Of a stretch of 64,000 bases of DNA, positions 30,046 through 40,255 are shown piece after piece. The DNA comes from an uncultured Acidimicrobiales bacterium (GTDB taxonomy: Bacteria > Actinomycetota > Acidimicrobiia > Acidimicrobiales > SZUA-35). How positions within the stretch are numbered: position 1 is the first letter of the stretch; each line of letters begins with the position of its first letter. The DNA lies in the NCBI GenBank assembly GCA_937930695.1, contig CALHCB010000055.1, positions 4,833 through 68,832 on the forward strand, in the 5' to 3' direction. Below the pieces are notes generated by a model. It ran no database searches, was not told where the DNA came from, and saw only the letters and a program-made list of their open reading frames with translations. The translations under genes and the position numbers were made by a program.

Positions 30046-31501
30046 TCACTCGGGGGAACACAATGCGTTCGGCAGCTGGATCGACCAATGGGCGGCCGAG
30101 CGGGCCGACCACCCGGCGATCCACTTCGAAGGGCGAGTCATCACCTTTGCGCAGCTGTCGCAGCGAATCGACAACGCGGTGGATCAGCTGCGAAGCCACG
30201 GGGTCCAGCCCGGCGATCGAGTCGTGTTTCTCGGCCCGAACCGGCCTGGCTTTCTTGTGGTGTTCCTCGCAGCGGCCAGGGCAGGTGCGATCTTTGTTCC
30301 CCTCAACAGTCGGCTGACCGTCGCTGAACATGCGTTTCAACTTCAAGATTCGGCGCCGTCGCTCGCAGTCGTGGACCCATCGTTTGCCGACCACATCAGG
30401 GATGCGGCTCCGAGTCTTTCGGTCGTGGCATTGGGGGATGATGATGAGCTGCCACCAGGTTCTGGGCCCTCGGCTGGTCGGAGAGTTGAAGCCGACGCGG
30501 CCCCAACCGATCTGCTGATCGTCTACACCTCCGGAACGACGGGAAAGCCGAAGGGTGCGGTGCACACCCACGCATCGCTGTCTGCCACGATGATCAACAG
30601 CATCGAGGCGCAGGGATTCACGGCGAACGACGTTGGGTTGGCGGCACTCCCGCTCTTCCATGTCGGAGGTCTCAATATTCAGACGATGCCACTTCTCGCT
30701 GTTGGAGCAACGGTGGTGCTGCATCGAGCGTTCAACCCGAGTGCGGTGCTCGCCGACATTGCATCGTTCGGTGCCACTGCATCACTCTTCGTTCCGGCGA
30801 TGATTCGGGCGCTGCTCGACCATCCGGACTTTTCGACGACTGACTTCTCGACCATTCGTGGCGTGATGACTGGCTCGTCAGTCGTTCCCGTCGAGCTACT
30901 CGAGCCGCTGCACAATGCAGGGCTGGCTCCCGGGCAGGTCTACGGCTCGACCGAAACTGGTCCAACGGCCATCGTGCTGCGCTTTGAAGAGTCCCATCGG
31001 TTCGGATCTGCTGGGCGACCTGCGCTGTTGAGCGAAGCGAAGCTGGGCGACGACAATGAGGTGCTGGTGCGCGGTCCTCACCTCTTCGACCGCTACTGGG
31101 AGAACCCGCAGGCGACCGAACAGGCCTTCGTCGATGGCTGGTATCGGATGGGCGACGTTGGACATATTGAAGATGGCACGTTTGTCATCGACGAACGGTT
31201 GGACGACGTGATCATCAGCGGCGGCGAGAACGTGTATCCCGCCGAGGTCGAGATTGCGCTTGAGGACATTCCGGGCATCGACGAGTTGGCCATCGTCGGA
31301 CGGCCGCACGAACGTTGGGGTCAGGTGCCCATCATCGTGGCCGTCCTGCAACCGGGGGCCGACGTCGACCTCGAGCAGATTCGTGCGTTCGGCGCCGAGC
31401 GGCTTGCGACCTTCAAGTTGCCGAAGGATCTCGTTGTCGTCGACACCCTGCCCCGTACCGCACTCGGCAAGGTTCAGAAGTATCTCCTCCGCAACCTTTA
31501 G
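30038..31501 (+). CDS. AMP-dependent acyl-CoA synthetase
   Basis: YTSGTTGKPKG, YGSTE, GD, SGGENVYPAEVE, GKVQK. Confidence 0.93.
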   Translation: MGDHSGEHNAFGSWIDQWAAERADHPAIHFEGRVITFAQLSQRIDNAVDQLRSHGVQPGDRVVFLGPNRPGFLVVFLAAARAGAIFVPLNSRLTVAEHAFQLQDSAPSLAVVDPSFADHIRDAAPSLSVVALGDDDELPPGSGPSAGRRVEADAAPTDLLIVYTSGTTGKPKGAVHTHASLSATMINSIEAQGFTANDVGLAALPLFHVGGLNIQTMPLLAVGATVVLHRAFNPSAVLADIASFGATASLFVPAMIRALLDHPDFSTTDFSTIRGVMTGSSVVPVELLEPLHNAGLAPGQVYGSTETGPTAIVLRFEESHRFGSAGRPALLSEAKLGDDNEVLVRGPHLFDRYWENPQATEQAFVDGWYRMGDVGHIEDGTFVIDERLDDVIISGGENVYPAEVEIALEDIPGIDELAIVGRPHERWGQVPIIVAVLQPGADVDLEQIRAFGAERLATFKLPKDLVVVDTLPRTALGKVQKYLLRNL

Positions 31502-31525
31502 TCCCGCGGACCTCATCCCGTTCTG

Positions 31526-31634
31526 GATTGGTGGAGTGAGACGGCCAAACTCGACCGTCTGCCTCCACCAAACTCTGAGCTGCCTGAATTGGTGGAGTGG
31601 GGTGACCGAATTCGACTGTTTGCCTCCACCAATC
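31526..31634 (+). repeat. Two tandem copies (31526-31573, 31587-31634) of a 48-bp REP-like palindrome
   Basis: GATTGGTGGAG-N26-CTCCACCAATC consensus; 61-bp period. Confidence 0.85.
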
Positions 31635-31659
31635 TGGGAAGAGGCGTAGTGTCGGAGGG

Positions 31660-32475
31660 ATGACGGGGCCAGCGGATGGGCATCACCAAGGCGTCCCTCA
31701 TCCGCGTGTTCGCCCGTTTGTGTCGGGTTACACCGGCTTTCGATGGACGGGATTGACCCCCGCCACCCACGTTGGATTGCCGTCAGGAACGCTCACGTTC
31801 ATCGTGTCGTTCGATGAGCCGTTGGACGTGGCGATGGCCGCGGATGACTCGGACCGCCGGACGTACTGGGGGATGTTGGCAGGATTGCACGACAAGCCTG
31901 CACTGGTCCGGCACCACGGAAGTCAACATGGTGTGCAGCTCGACGTCACGCCCAGAGGGGCTGCCGCATTGTTCGGGGTATCGGCGGGCGCGCTTGGATC
32001 GACGATTGCTCATCTCGACTCGGTCGTTCCTTCGTTTGCTGACGAGTTGATCGAACGCCTGTCACTGGCCTCGACGTGGCGCGCCCGCTGGTCGATTCTC
32101 GATCACGTCTTCTTGAGAGTCATGAGCGTGGAGCAGGAGATGCCGGTGCAACTCGAACAAGCGTGGCGACTCATGCGGTCTTCTGGTGGAACGGTGGAGA
32201 TCAACGATGTGTCGGCGCAAATTGGTTGGAGCCGGCGGCACTTCTCCGAGAGGTTCAGGGACAACTTCGGACTCTCTCCGAAGGTGATGGCCCGCGTGCT
32301 TCGGTTCGAACGGGCCCAAAAGATGGTCCGGCTCCCAACTGCCCCGTCACTCGCCAGCGTCGCCGCCGCATGCGGGTATGCCGACCAGGCCCACATGACG
32401 CGCGAGTGGAATGAGTTTGCCGGATCGTCGCCGACGGTTTGGATCGAAGACGAGCTATTAGGAGACGGATCATGA
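31660..32475 (+). CDS. AraC family transcriptional regulator
   Basis: WSRRH...F...GLSPK...RVLRF and GYADQAHMTREW. Confidence 0.92.
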   Translation: MTGPADGHHQGVPHPRVRPFVSGYTGFRWTGLTPATHVGLPSGTLTFIVSFDEPLDVAMAADDSDRRTYWGMLAGLHDKPALVRHHGSQHGVQLDVTPRGAAALFGVSAGALGSTIAHLDSVVPSFADELIERLSLASTWRARWSILDHVFLRVMSVEQEMPVQLEQAWRLMRSSGGTVEINDVSAQIGWSRRHFSERFRDNFGLSPKVMARVLRFERAQKMVRLPTAPSLASVAAACGYADQAHMTREWNEFAGSSPTVWIEDELLGDGS

Positions 32476-32882
32476 CAGCCGAGACTGCTGGCCAGAAGAT
32501 GTGGCCCACCCTGATCTACGCAAACGCGGTCGGTGCGATCGAGTTCCTCGGCGAGGCATTCGGTTTCGAGCCGCTGATCGTGGTGCCCAACGACACCGAC
32601 CCCAACGTCATCGAGCACTGCCAACTTCGGATGACTGAGGTAGGAAGCGTGATGCTCGGATCGGCGGGTCGACCGGGAAACATCTTTGCTGATCGTCCGA
32701 CTGGGACGTCATCGGTTTACGTGGTGGTGCCCGATCCCGATGCCGTATACGACCGAGCGGTGGCCGCAGGGGCCGAGGTGCTGGCCCCTCTCATCGATGC
32801 TGACTACGGGAGTCGGGGATTCACGGTGGCAGATCCTGAAGGCAATATCTGGAGTTTTGGCACCTATGGAGGGGAGCCGTAG
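32472..32882 (+). CDS. VOC/glyoxalase family protein
   Basis: AIEFLGEAFGF, DYGSRGFTVADPEGNIWSFGTY. Confidence 0.9.
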   Translation: MTAETAGQKMWPTLIYANAVGAIEFLGEAFGFEPLIVVPNDTDPNVIEHCQLRMTEVGSVMLGSAGRPGNIFADRPTGTSSVYVVVPDPDAVYDRAVAAGAEVLAPLIDADYGSRGFTVADPEGNIWSFGTYGGEP

Positions 32883-32940
32883 GAGCGATTGAGGCAGCTC
32901 AGTTGGCGCTGGCCCGTGATGAACGGCTGAACTACATGGC

Positions 32941-34854
32941 ATGACGACGCCGGCTCCACAGAAATCCGACGAATTCGCCCTCCTTGCCGAGGCGGTTGCG
33001 GTCGCCAACGTCCCGACGCTGCTGCTTTGCCTGATTCAGCTCACAGGTGACATGAAATGGATGGGCGACCGCTACAAGCCCACGAGAGAAATGGGTTTGG
33101 GAGACAACGACTCAGGCGGGTTGCCCGAGGATGTCCAGCTCGAGGTGCGCGAGTCCGCTCTGGCAGCAATCGTGGCGGAGCGCGAGGGAGCACCTGTTGC
33201 GATCCCGGAGCCGGATCCAGAGCTGCTGGTCAAGATGTTGGCCTTCGCCATGGACGAGCACGTTCCACCGGAATACGGTCGATTCACGGCCTCCCAGCTT
33301 GGCGAGAAGCCAATCGAGACGGCACCCATCGCTGTCCCAGAGGGTTTTCGCGTGTTGGTGATCGGGGCGGGTGTCTCGGGTTTGTGCGCCGCCGTACATC
33401 TTCAGGCTGCCCAAATTCCGTTCAAGGTCATCGAACGCAACCGCGACGTTGGTGGTGTGTGGCTCGAAAACCAGTATCCCGGTGCTGGAGTCGACACGCC
33501 GAACCATCTCTATTCGTTCTCGTTTCTCAAGGCCGACTGGTCGATGTTCTTCGCCTTGCGAGATGACATCCACGGCTACCTCTCACAAGTCGCCGACACC
33601 TTCGAACTCCGCAAGTACATCGACTTCGAAACCAGCGTTGAGCGGGCCGAATACCGAGAGGCCAGTCAAGACTGGGAGGTCATGGTTCGGACCGCTGATG
33701 GCACGGTCGAGACACACGTGGCCAACATCGTCATCAGCGGAGCGGGTATTTTCAACCCGGCAGTCTTCCCGAACATCGATGGGCTCGACAGCTTTGAGGG
33801 CCCGTCGTTTCACACCTCTCGGTGGCCGGATGATCTCGACATCACTGGTAAGCGGGTTGCCGTCATCGGCAACGGCGCGAGCTGCATGCAGATCGGTCCG
33901 GAGATTCAGCACGACGTTGACTCGCTCACGATCTTTCAGCGATCCAATCACTGGGCCGCTCCGTTCGAGCAGTTTCGACGAAGTGTTCCCGAGCCGCTGC
34001 GGTACCTGTTGCGAGAGGTCCCGATCTACCAGGCGTGGTATCGAGTCAAGCTTGGATGGACCTTCAACGATCGGGTGCACCCGACGCTCCAGAAGGATCC
34101 GAACTGGGAGCATCCTGACCGCTCTTTGAACGTTGCCAACGATCGTCACCGAGCCTTCTTCACGAACCACATCAAGGAGGAACTGGGCGACCGGCAAGAC
34201 CTGTTCGAGAAAGTACTGCCGACCTATCCTCCCTTCGGCAAGCGCATGCTGATGGACAACGGTTGGTATCGGATGCTCACCAATCCGAAGGTCGAACTCG
34301 TCGACAATCACATTGCCAGCGTCGACGCAGCCGGGGTTGTGACCGAAGACGGCGAGCGCTACGACGCGGACGTGCTCGTGATTGCAACCGGGTTCGACGT
34401 GCTGCGTTTCATCAATACCTACGAGACAGTCGGTCGAGGTGGAAAGACGTTGCGTGATGCATGGGAAGATGACAATGCAAAGGCGTACCTCGGCACTGTT
34501 GTTCCTGAGTTCCCCAATCTTTTCACGTTGTACGGACCGAACCTTCAGCCGGGTCACGGCGGCAGTTTGATCAACGTGATCGAGATGCAGATGCGGTACA
34601 TCATCAGCTTGATCACGCAGATGTCTGAACAAGGTTTGGGTTCGGTGGAGGTTCGCCCCGAGGTGCAAGAGGCCTACAACAAGGGGGTGGACGATGCCCA
34701 CGAGCAGATGGTCTGGACGCATCCAGGGATGAGTAGTTACTACCGAAATGACGACGGACGCATCGTGGTCAACTCGCCGTATCGGAACGTCGACTTCTTC
34801 GAGTGGACGAGTTCTGCAAACCTCGACGATTTCGAGACGGCTCCTAGTCGCTAG
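32941..34854 (+). CDS. Baeyer-Villiger monooxygenase with N-terminal extension (4-hydroxyacetophenone monooxygenase-like)
   Basis: GAGVSG, GGVW.EN.YPG..VD, BVMO fingerprint FEGPSFHTSRWP, GNGAS, ATGF. Confidence 0.9.
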   Translation: MTTPAPQKSDEFALLAEAVAVANVPTLLLCLIQLTGDMKWMGDRYKPTREMGLGDNDSGGLPEDVQLEVRESALAAIVAEREGAPVAIPEPDPELLVKMLAFAMDEHVPPEYGRFTASQLGEKPIETAPIAVPEGFRVLVIGAGVSGLCAAVHLQAAQIPFKVIERNRDVGGVWLENQYPGAGVDTPNHLYSFSFLKADWSMFFALRDDIHGYLSQVADTFELRKYIDFETSVERAEYREASQDWEVMVRTADGTVETHVANIVISGAGIFNPAVFPNIDGLDSFEGPSFHTSRWPDDLDITGKRVAVIGNGASCMQIGPEIQHDVDSLTIFQRSNHWAAPFEQFRRSVPEPLRYLLREVPIYQAWYRVKLGWTFNDRVHPTLQKDPNWEHPDRSLNVANDRHRAFFTNHIKEELGDRQDLFEKVLPTYPPFGKRMLMDNGWYRMLTNPKVELVDNHIASVDAAGVVTEDGERYDADVLVIATGFDVLRFINTYETVGRGGKTLRDAWEDDNAKAYLGTVVPEFPNLFTLYGPNLQPGHGGSLINVIEMQMRYIISLITQMSEQGLGSVEVRPEVQEAYNKGVDDAHEQMVWTHPGMSSYYRNDDGRIVVNSPYRNVDFFEWTSSANLDDFETAPSR

Positions 34855-36415
34855 CTCGAGCTGGCAGGAATCGCAGGACGAAAAGTGCCCCCATCACAGT
34901 GACCGACGCTGCGACGTAGCAGGCAACAGCGAGTCCATCGAGGAAGGCTGCGTTCACCTCGGACAGGAGGAGCGGAGCGCTTGCGCCGAGTTCCGCGGCG
35001 ACGAACTGTGCAGCCCCAACCGAATCGAGTGCGGCCTCTCTTGCTTCTGGCGGCAGCTTGCTGGCGATGGCCGACGATGACAGTCGGCTGACGTACAACG
35101 AGTTGAAAACCGAGCCGAGGATTGCGACCCCAAGCGTGCCGCCCAATTCTCGTGTGGTGTCGTTGACGGCCGAGCCAACTCCTGCTTTGTCAACGCTGAG
35201 CGAGCCCATGATGGACTCGGTCGCAGGGGCGGTTGTTGCCCCCAATCCGATGCCGAGAAAGGCCATTTGGCCGACGATCGCTATGTAGGGCATCTCGACC
35301 GTGGCCATCGAGATCCAAGCGAATCCGATAGCCATGGAACCAAGGCCGCCGGCAACGACACGGGTTGTCCCGATTCGCTCGACGAACACCGGCGCGAGCA
35401 CCGATGAAACTGCGATCGCGACGGCGACGGGAATGGTGCGGAGGCCCGCTTCGAGCGGCCCATACCCGCGTACGAATTGGAAGTACTGAGTGATGAGAAA
35501 GATGAAGCCGAAGAGGGCAAAGAAGGCTGATGTCACGGCAATGCTCGCGGCCGAGAAACGGAGGTTCTCGAAGATTCGAACCGGAAGCATGGGATGCTCG
35601 ACTCGGAGTTCCCACAACACGAAGGCGACGAGTAGGCCTGTGGCGAGCGCGAATCCGCCGAGGGTTCGAATGTCGAGCCACCCAAATTCGGGAGCTTCGA
35701 TGATCGTGAAGATCAGCGAGCCGATTGCGGCGATCGAGAGCAAGAACCCTGGTCGGTCGAGTGGCGGGGTTTCGGGGTCCCGACTGTCTGGCACGATTGT
35801 TGCCGTGAGAAATAGGCCAATGATGACAACCGGTACGTTCACGAAGAAGACGGATCCCCACCAGTAGTTTTCGAGCAGCCAACCGCCGGTGATCGGGCCC
35901 GCAGCGACCGCGATGCCACTCGTCGCCGCCCAGATTCCGATCGCTTTGGCTCGTTCGCCTGGATCAGTAAAGATCGCCGTCAAGATGGCGAGCGTGGCGG
36001 GGAAGATCAAAGCAGCTCCGATTCCCATGAGCGCACGACCGACGATCAATTGCATCGCCGAGTCGGCCGAACCGGCGAACGCCGAGGTCACGCCGAAGAT
36101 GGCCAAGCCAGCCAACAACGCACGTTTGCGTCCCCAGCGGTCTCCGATGCTTCCTGCAGCCAGCAGCAGCCCGGCGAACACCAGTAGGTAGGAGTCGACA
36201 ATCCACTGAAGTTGGCGAGTCGAGGCGCCAAGGTCGACGGCAAGTGATGGCAGAGCGATGTTGACGATCGTTCCATCCAGAACGGTGACGAAAGCCGCCA
36301 GGCACAGGACGGCGAGAATGCCCCAGCGTTTCGGATTCTGAATTGCTGTGACTTCGTCTGGATTGGATTGTTGGCCTTGTGTATCGACTGTTGCGGACAC
36401 GAGGGTTCCATTCAT
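34844..36415 (-). CDS. MFS DHA2 family efflux transporter
   Basis: LDGTIVNIALP, WIVDSY, GDRWGRK, WGSVFFVNVP; 14-TM pattern. Confidence 0.93.
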   Translation of the reverse strand: MNGTLVSATVDTQGQQSNPDEVTAIQNPKRWGILAVLCLAAFVTVLDGTIVNIALPSLAVDLGASTRQLQWIVDSYLLVFAGLLLAAGSIGDRWGRKRALLAGLAIFGVTSAFAGSADSAMQLIVGRALMGIGAALIFPATLAILTAIFTDPGERAKAIGIWAATSGIAVAAGPITGGWLLENYWWGSVFFVNVPVVIIGLFLTATIVPDSRDPETPPLDRPGFLLSIAAIGSLIFTIIEAPEFGWLDIRTLGGFALATGLLVAFVLWELRVEHPMLPVRIFENLRFSAASIAVTSAFFALFGFIFLITQYFQFVRGYGPLEAGLRTIPVAVAIAVSSVLAPVFVERIGTTRVVAGGLGSMAIGFAWISMATVEMPYIAIVGQMAFLGIGLGATTAPATESIMGSLSVDKAGVGSAVNDTTRELGGTLGVAILGSVFNSLYVSRLSSSAIASKLPPEAREAALDSVGAAQFVAAELGASAPLLLSEVNAAFLDGLAVACYVAASVTVMGALFVLRFLPARASD

Positions 36416-36444
36416 CTTGTGGTTGAGCGGGCGTGTTGCTAGAA

Positions 36445-36480
36445 GTTGCCACTGTAAAGATCTACCTTGACAGTGTCAAG
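36445..36480. promoter_or_regulatory. Tandem TetR-type operators
   Basis: Palindrome CTTGACA-G-TGTCAAG at 36466-36480 plus imperfect copy GTTGCCACTGTAAAG at 36445-36459, between divergent MFS and TetR genes. Confidence 0.7.
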
Positions 36481-36495
36481 ACCTATGATGTGTTC

Positions 36496-37095
36496 ATGGC
36501 CGAATACCACCATGGCGATCTCCCAGCAGCCCTTCGGGCCGCTACCGCTGAGCTCGTGACCGAGAAGGGGGCCTCTGGTTTTTCGCTTCGCGAAGTCGCT
36601 CGGCGTGCTGGTGTTTCTCACGCTGCGCCGGCTCATCACTTCGGCGATGCGGACGGCTTGCTCACGTCGGTGGCGACTGAGGGTTTCGAGATCCTGGCGG
36701 ATGCGATGACAGCGGCGACCGGCGGAGTCGACGACGCGGCGAAGCGCCTTCGGCTCTGCGGCAAGACCTACATCGAGACTGCCCTCACCTACCCTGGCCA
36801 CTTCGGCGTGATCTTTCAGTCCGACCGGGTCAATTCGGCGGACCCGGCGCTGCTGATGGCGAGCGCTCGGGCTTATGGGACGCTGCTGGAAACGGTCGGC
36901 GTGGTTCGAGATGAAGTCAATCCTGATCTCGACGTCGATGTGATGGCCACATTGTGTTGGGCCGCAATGCAAGGTCTCGTAGTTCTGGCACCAAAGCTGG
37001 AGAATGTCGCGGCAGAGATGGGGACCGAGTTTGTCGTGCTGAACGATCTGGTGGATCGCTTCTCTGATTTGATGATGGCGGGCTTTCGAGCCTGA
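36496..37095 (+). CDS. TetR family transcriptional regulator
   Basis: YHHGDL, SLREVARRAGVSHAAPAHHF. Confidence 0.93.
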   Translation: MAEYHHGDLPAALRAATAELVTEKGASGFSLREVARRAGVSHAAPAHHFGDADGLLTSVATEGFEILADAMTAATGGVDDAAKRLRLCGKTYIETALTYPGHFGVIFQSDRVNSADPALLMASARAYGTLLETVGVVRDEVNPDLDVDVMATLCWAAMQGLVVLAPKLENVAAEMGTEFVVLNDLVDRFSDLMMAGFRA

Positions 37096-37110
37096 AGATG
37101 GGACTCGTCC

Positions 37111-37590
37111 TCACGGCGAATCATTCACCAGTAGGTCCACGATGTCGTTTGATTGCGTTGTGGCCAACGCGAGCTGGCTCTGGCTTCGAGTGACGGTCGA
37201 GATGGCCGTGATCTGTTGCACGATCTGGTGAAGGTGGTCGTTGGACCTGGCGATGATCCGGCAGAGCAAATCGCCTGCCCCCGTAATTGTGTGGATTTCG
37301 ATGATCTCGGGGATGGCGCCCAGGGCGGCGGTGGTCTCATCGTGTGAGCCTTGTCGGATCTCCAACGTTGTGAACGCAAGTACGTTGAATCCAGCGTTTG
37401 CCGGATCCACAATCGGAGTGAATCCGTTGATCACGCCCTCGCGTTCGAGGCGCTCGAGACGGGCATAGACCGTGCCCCTGGCCACCCCCATGGTGCGAGC
37501 AATCACGGTGTGGGACGCCTTGATGTTCTCTCGGAGCGCCCTGATGAGATCTCGATCAGTGCTGTCGAGGGGACGTGACATGATGTTCAC
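37111..37590 (-). CDS. Lrp/AsnC family transcriptional regulator
   Basis: LDSTDRDLI, VARGTVYARLERLE..GVI, TITGAGDLL. Confidence 0.92.
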   Translation of the reverse strand: MNIMSRPLDSTDRDLIRALRENIKASHTVIARTMGVARGTVYARLERLEREGVINGFTPIVDPANAGFNVLAFTTLEIRQGSHDETTAALGAIPEIIEIHTITGAGDLLCRIIARSNDHLHQIVQQITAISTVTRSQSQLALATTQSNDIVDLLVNDSP

Positions 37591-37733
37591 CTTTGGTCGA
37601 GTGGAATGAGGGAAATCTGAACGATTGTTGTATCACGTTTACTTAAGATGAACGGAACGTTCATCAGTGTTGCAAGTGGTTGGACGAAGTGCAAACAATG
37701 GGTCATCAAGCCGCCCACGCCGAGGAGCTGAAC

Positions 37734-38369
37734 ATGTCCCATCTCAAGAAGATCGATCACGTGACGTACGCATGCGAGCAAGGCCAGATCGAGAAGTGGG
37801 CGTGGTTCCACATCGAGGTGGAAGGCGGAACGCTCATCAATCGCATCGACGACGTTCGACCCGATGATCCGGACTCCTCGATGAAGATCTGGTGTATTGA
37901 CTTCGGCGAGTTCGGTGTCGCCCTCATCGAAGGAATCGACAGGGCGAAGAAGTCCCAAGTCACCAAGTTTGTCGATGTGCATGGTGATCACTCCTGTCAG
38001 CACATCGCTTATGACACCCATGATCTCGACAAGTTCGTCGACCATTTGCAGGCACACGGTGGCACCCCTCGAGGAGAGGTTCTGGTTCGCAACGACGGCT
38101 TCGGGATCTTGAAGCAGATGTTCGCCCGCGGCTACGCAGAAGGCGACGCAGCGGAAAACAGCTTCCCGGAGTATTGTCAGCGCCCTCAGCCAACCGATTC
38201 AGCGGAAGAAGTTGCGATCACGTTCGCCGAAGAGACCGGCAAGGGTTTCTACGACCAGATCGAGAACGCAGTCGAGGAAGGCGATGTCGCCCCCTTCTTC
38301 GACTTCAATGCCATGCCCGATGGTTGGACGGTCCCAGCAGCAACGCCGCGACCCGAGTTCGTCGAGTAA
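37734..38369 (+). CDS. Single-domain 4-hydroxyphenylpyruvate dioxygenase-like VOC protein
   Basis: IDHV, SQVTKFV..HG...QHIA, LKQMF, F.EYCQR and F..IE resemble the HPPD C-terminal domain; GAGGAG RBS; divergent Lrp. Confidence 0.7.
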   Translation: MSHLKKIDHVTYACEQGQIEKWAWFHIEVEGGTLINRIDDVRPDDPDSSMKIWCIDFGEFGVALIEGIDRAKKSQVTKFVDVHGDHSCQHIAYDTHDLDKFVDHLQAHGGTPRGEVLVRNDGFGILKQMFARGYAEGDAAENSFPEYCQRPQPTDSAEEVAITFAEETGKGFYDQIENAVEEGDVAPFFDFNAMPDGWTVPAATPRPEFVE

Positions 38370-38413
38370 CCAAGGACGGCCAGAGCCTCAAGGGTCCGCT
38401 ACCGTCCATCGGT

Positions 38414-38815
38414 ATGGGCGACCCTCAGGACACACCGAAGCAGGGCATCCGTAAGCTTCCGATCGTCCAGATACTGCTTCCACTGTTGTTGTTGATCGGC
38501 CTCGCGCTGGTCTACGGAGCAGTTTCACGAGGCCAAAGAGACGACGCTCAGGTGGCGCTCGACGCCGTCGTTGCTGACGCGACGACGGCGCCCCAATGTG
38601 CGGGTGCAGCACAGGTTGAGATCGAACTCTCTGAGTACGAGCTCGATCAGCCGATCACGCTGAATTCGTTCCTTCTCGGGAGTGGCTCAGCTGTCTTCAG
38701 CCGTCCACTTGATGGAGCGGAAGACCTGGTGGAAGTCGCCGAAGTGGTGCTCAGAAGCGAAGACGATGCGTGGTGTGTCGATGAAGTAAAGATGTCCGAG
38801 CGGGCGGCGGGCTGA
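38414..38815 (+). CDS. Hypothetical membrane-anchored protein
   Basis: N-terminal TM followed by a small domain with a Cys pair. Confidence 0.6.
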   Translation: MGDPQDTPKQGIRKLPIVQILLPLLLLIGLALVYGAVSRGQRDDAQVALDAVVADATTAPQCAGAAQVEIELSEYELDQPITLNSFLLGSGSAVFSRPLDGAEDLVEVAEVVLRSEDDAWCVDEVKMSERAAG

Positions 38816-38835
38816 CCCAGGAGGGTCGAGCCCGC
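38807..38835. terminator. GC-rich hairpin at a convergent gene junction
   Basis: GCGGGCTGACCC-AGGA-GGGTCGAGCCCGC stem; no U-tract. Confidence 0.4.
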
Positions 38836-38843
38836 ATCGCTCG

Positions 38844-40028
38844 CTAGATGCGCTCGATGAGTGTGCCAGTCCCGAGTCCGCCACCACAGCACATGGTGAT
38901 CAGGCCGTAACGACCGCCCGAACGCTGAAGCTCATGCACCGCTTTTGTGGTGAGGAAGCAGCCGGTCCCGCCCAGGGGATGCCCAAGGGAGATGGCGCCA
39001 CCATTTGGATTGACCGTGGCCATGTCCGGCTCCATCTCCTTGGCCCACGCCAGCACCACTGACGCAAAGGCTTCATTGATCTCGACAACGTCGACATCGT
39101 CCATCGTGATGCCTTCGCGCTCCAGAACCTTCTTGGTCGCCGGGATCGGGCCTTCGAGCATCAAGACAGGGTCGCACCCGACAAGAGCGGTCTGCAGCAC
39201 ACGGGCGAGGGGAGTGACGCCCAACTCTGCGGCCTTCTCGGCGCTCATCATCAACACGGCGCTGGCACCGTCGGCGATCTGAGAGGACGAGCCAGCGGTG
39301 TGAACACCGTCTTCACGTGCGACCGGCTTGAGCTTGGCCAGCTGTTCGAGGCTTGTGTCTCTCGGAATCTCGTCGCGGGTGACAGTGATTCGCTCGTCAG
39401 TCTTGTTGCCATCAGCATCGAGAACGGGGGCATCGACGGCGATGACTTGAGTTTCGAAGCGACCTTCGGCAACGGCCCGGGCTGCTCGCTCCTGTGACTC
39501 CAAGCCGAAGGCATCGGTGTTGGATCGATCGATGCCGTACTTGTCCGCGATGCGCTCGGCACCTTCAAACTGACTCACGAATTCGTAGTGCTCGAAGTAT
39601 GTGCGGGAAACGGGCTTGCCATAGCCAGCCTTCGCTCCGGCGAATGCATCAGAGCCGATCGGCAGCGTGCTCATCGACTCCACGCCACAGGCGAGAACAA
39701 CGTCTTCGACGCCAGAAGCAATGAGGGCGTGGGCCGTGTTGACGGCGTGCTGGGAAGACCCGCATTGCGCGTCGACGGTGGTTGCCGCGACCTCTTCGGC
39801 GCCGCCATGGCTGAGCCAAGCGGTCCGGGTGATGTTCATGGCCTGGGCACCGACTTTGTTGATGCAGCCGCCGACGACCTGACCGACGTCGCCCGAAACG
39901 ATGCCGGCGCGGTTGATGACTTCCATCATGACGGGGCCGAGGATGTCGGCTGGGTGAGCTCCTGCGAGCGAACCGTTTCGCTTGCCAATGGCGGACCGTC
40001 CGGCCTCGACGATAACGACTTCCTGCAT
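38844..40028 (-). CDS. Acetyl-CoA acyltransferase (thiolase, FadA5-like)
   Basis: QCGSSQ, CGVESMS, EINEAFA, GHPLG, CCGGG. Confidence 0.93.
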   Translation of the reverse strand: MQEVVIVEAGRSAIGKRNGSLAGAHPADILGPVMMEVINRAGIVSGDVGQVVGGCINKVGAQAMNITRTAWLSHGGAEEVAATTVDAQCGSSQHAVNTAHALIASGVEDVVLACGVESMSTLPIGSDAFAGAKAGYGKPVSRTYFEHYEFVSQFEGAERIADKYGIDRSNTDAFGLESQERAARAVAEGRFETQVIAVDAPVLDADGNKTDERITVTRDEIPRDTSLEQLAKLKPVAREDGVHTAGSSSQIADGASAVLMMSAEKAAELGVTPLARVLQTALVGCDPVLMLEGPIPATKKVLEREGITMDDVDVVEINEAFASVVLAWAKEMEPDMATVNPNGGAISLGHPLGGTGCFLTTKAVHELQRSGGRYGLITMCCGGGLGTGTLIERI

Positions 40029-40255
40029 GATGAACTCCCGTTGTGGCGGCCCAGGTGCTCTGGGCCCAGCGCTTCGATAGGTGCCTCGAAACTAGCCGTG
40101 CGTCGCTGTTCAGTCCGAATTCTTCAGACGCGACGTGGGCAATTGGTGGAAGCTGCGCGGCATCGGTCCAAGCGGCTCGTTGTCGAACTGCGATCATGTT
40201 CGAACCCGTCGCAGGTCGACACAATCACCGGCCGTCCGCGGTCTACGTTGATCGG

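Noticed and set aside
40141-40150. AATTGGTGGA as a seventh REP copy
   Set aside because: No matching right arm 26 nt downstream
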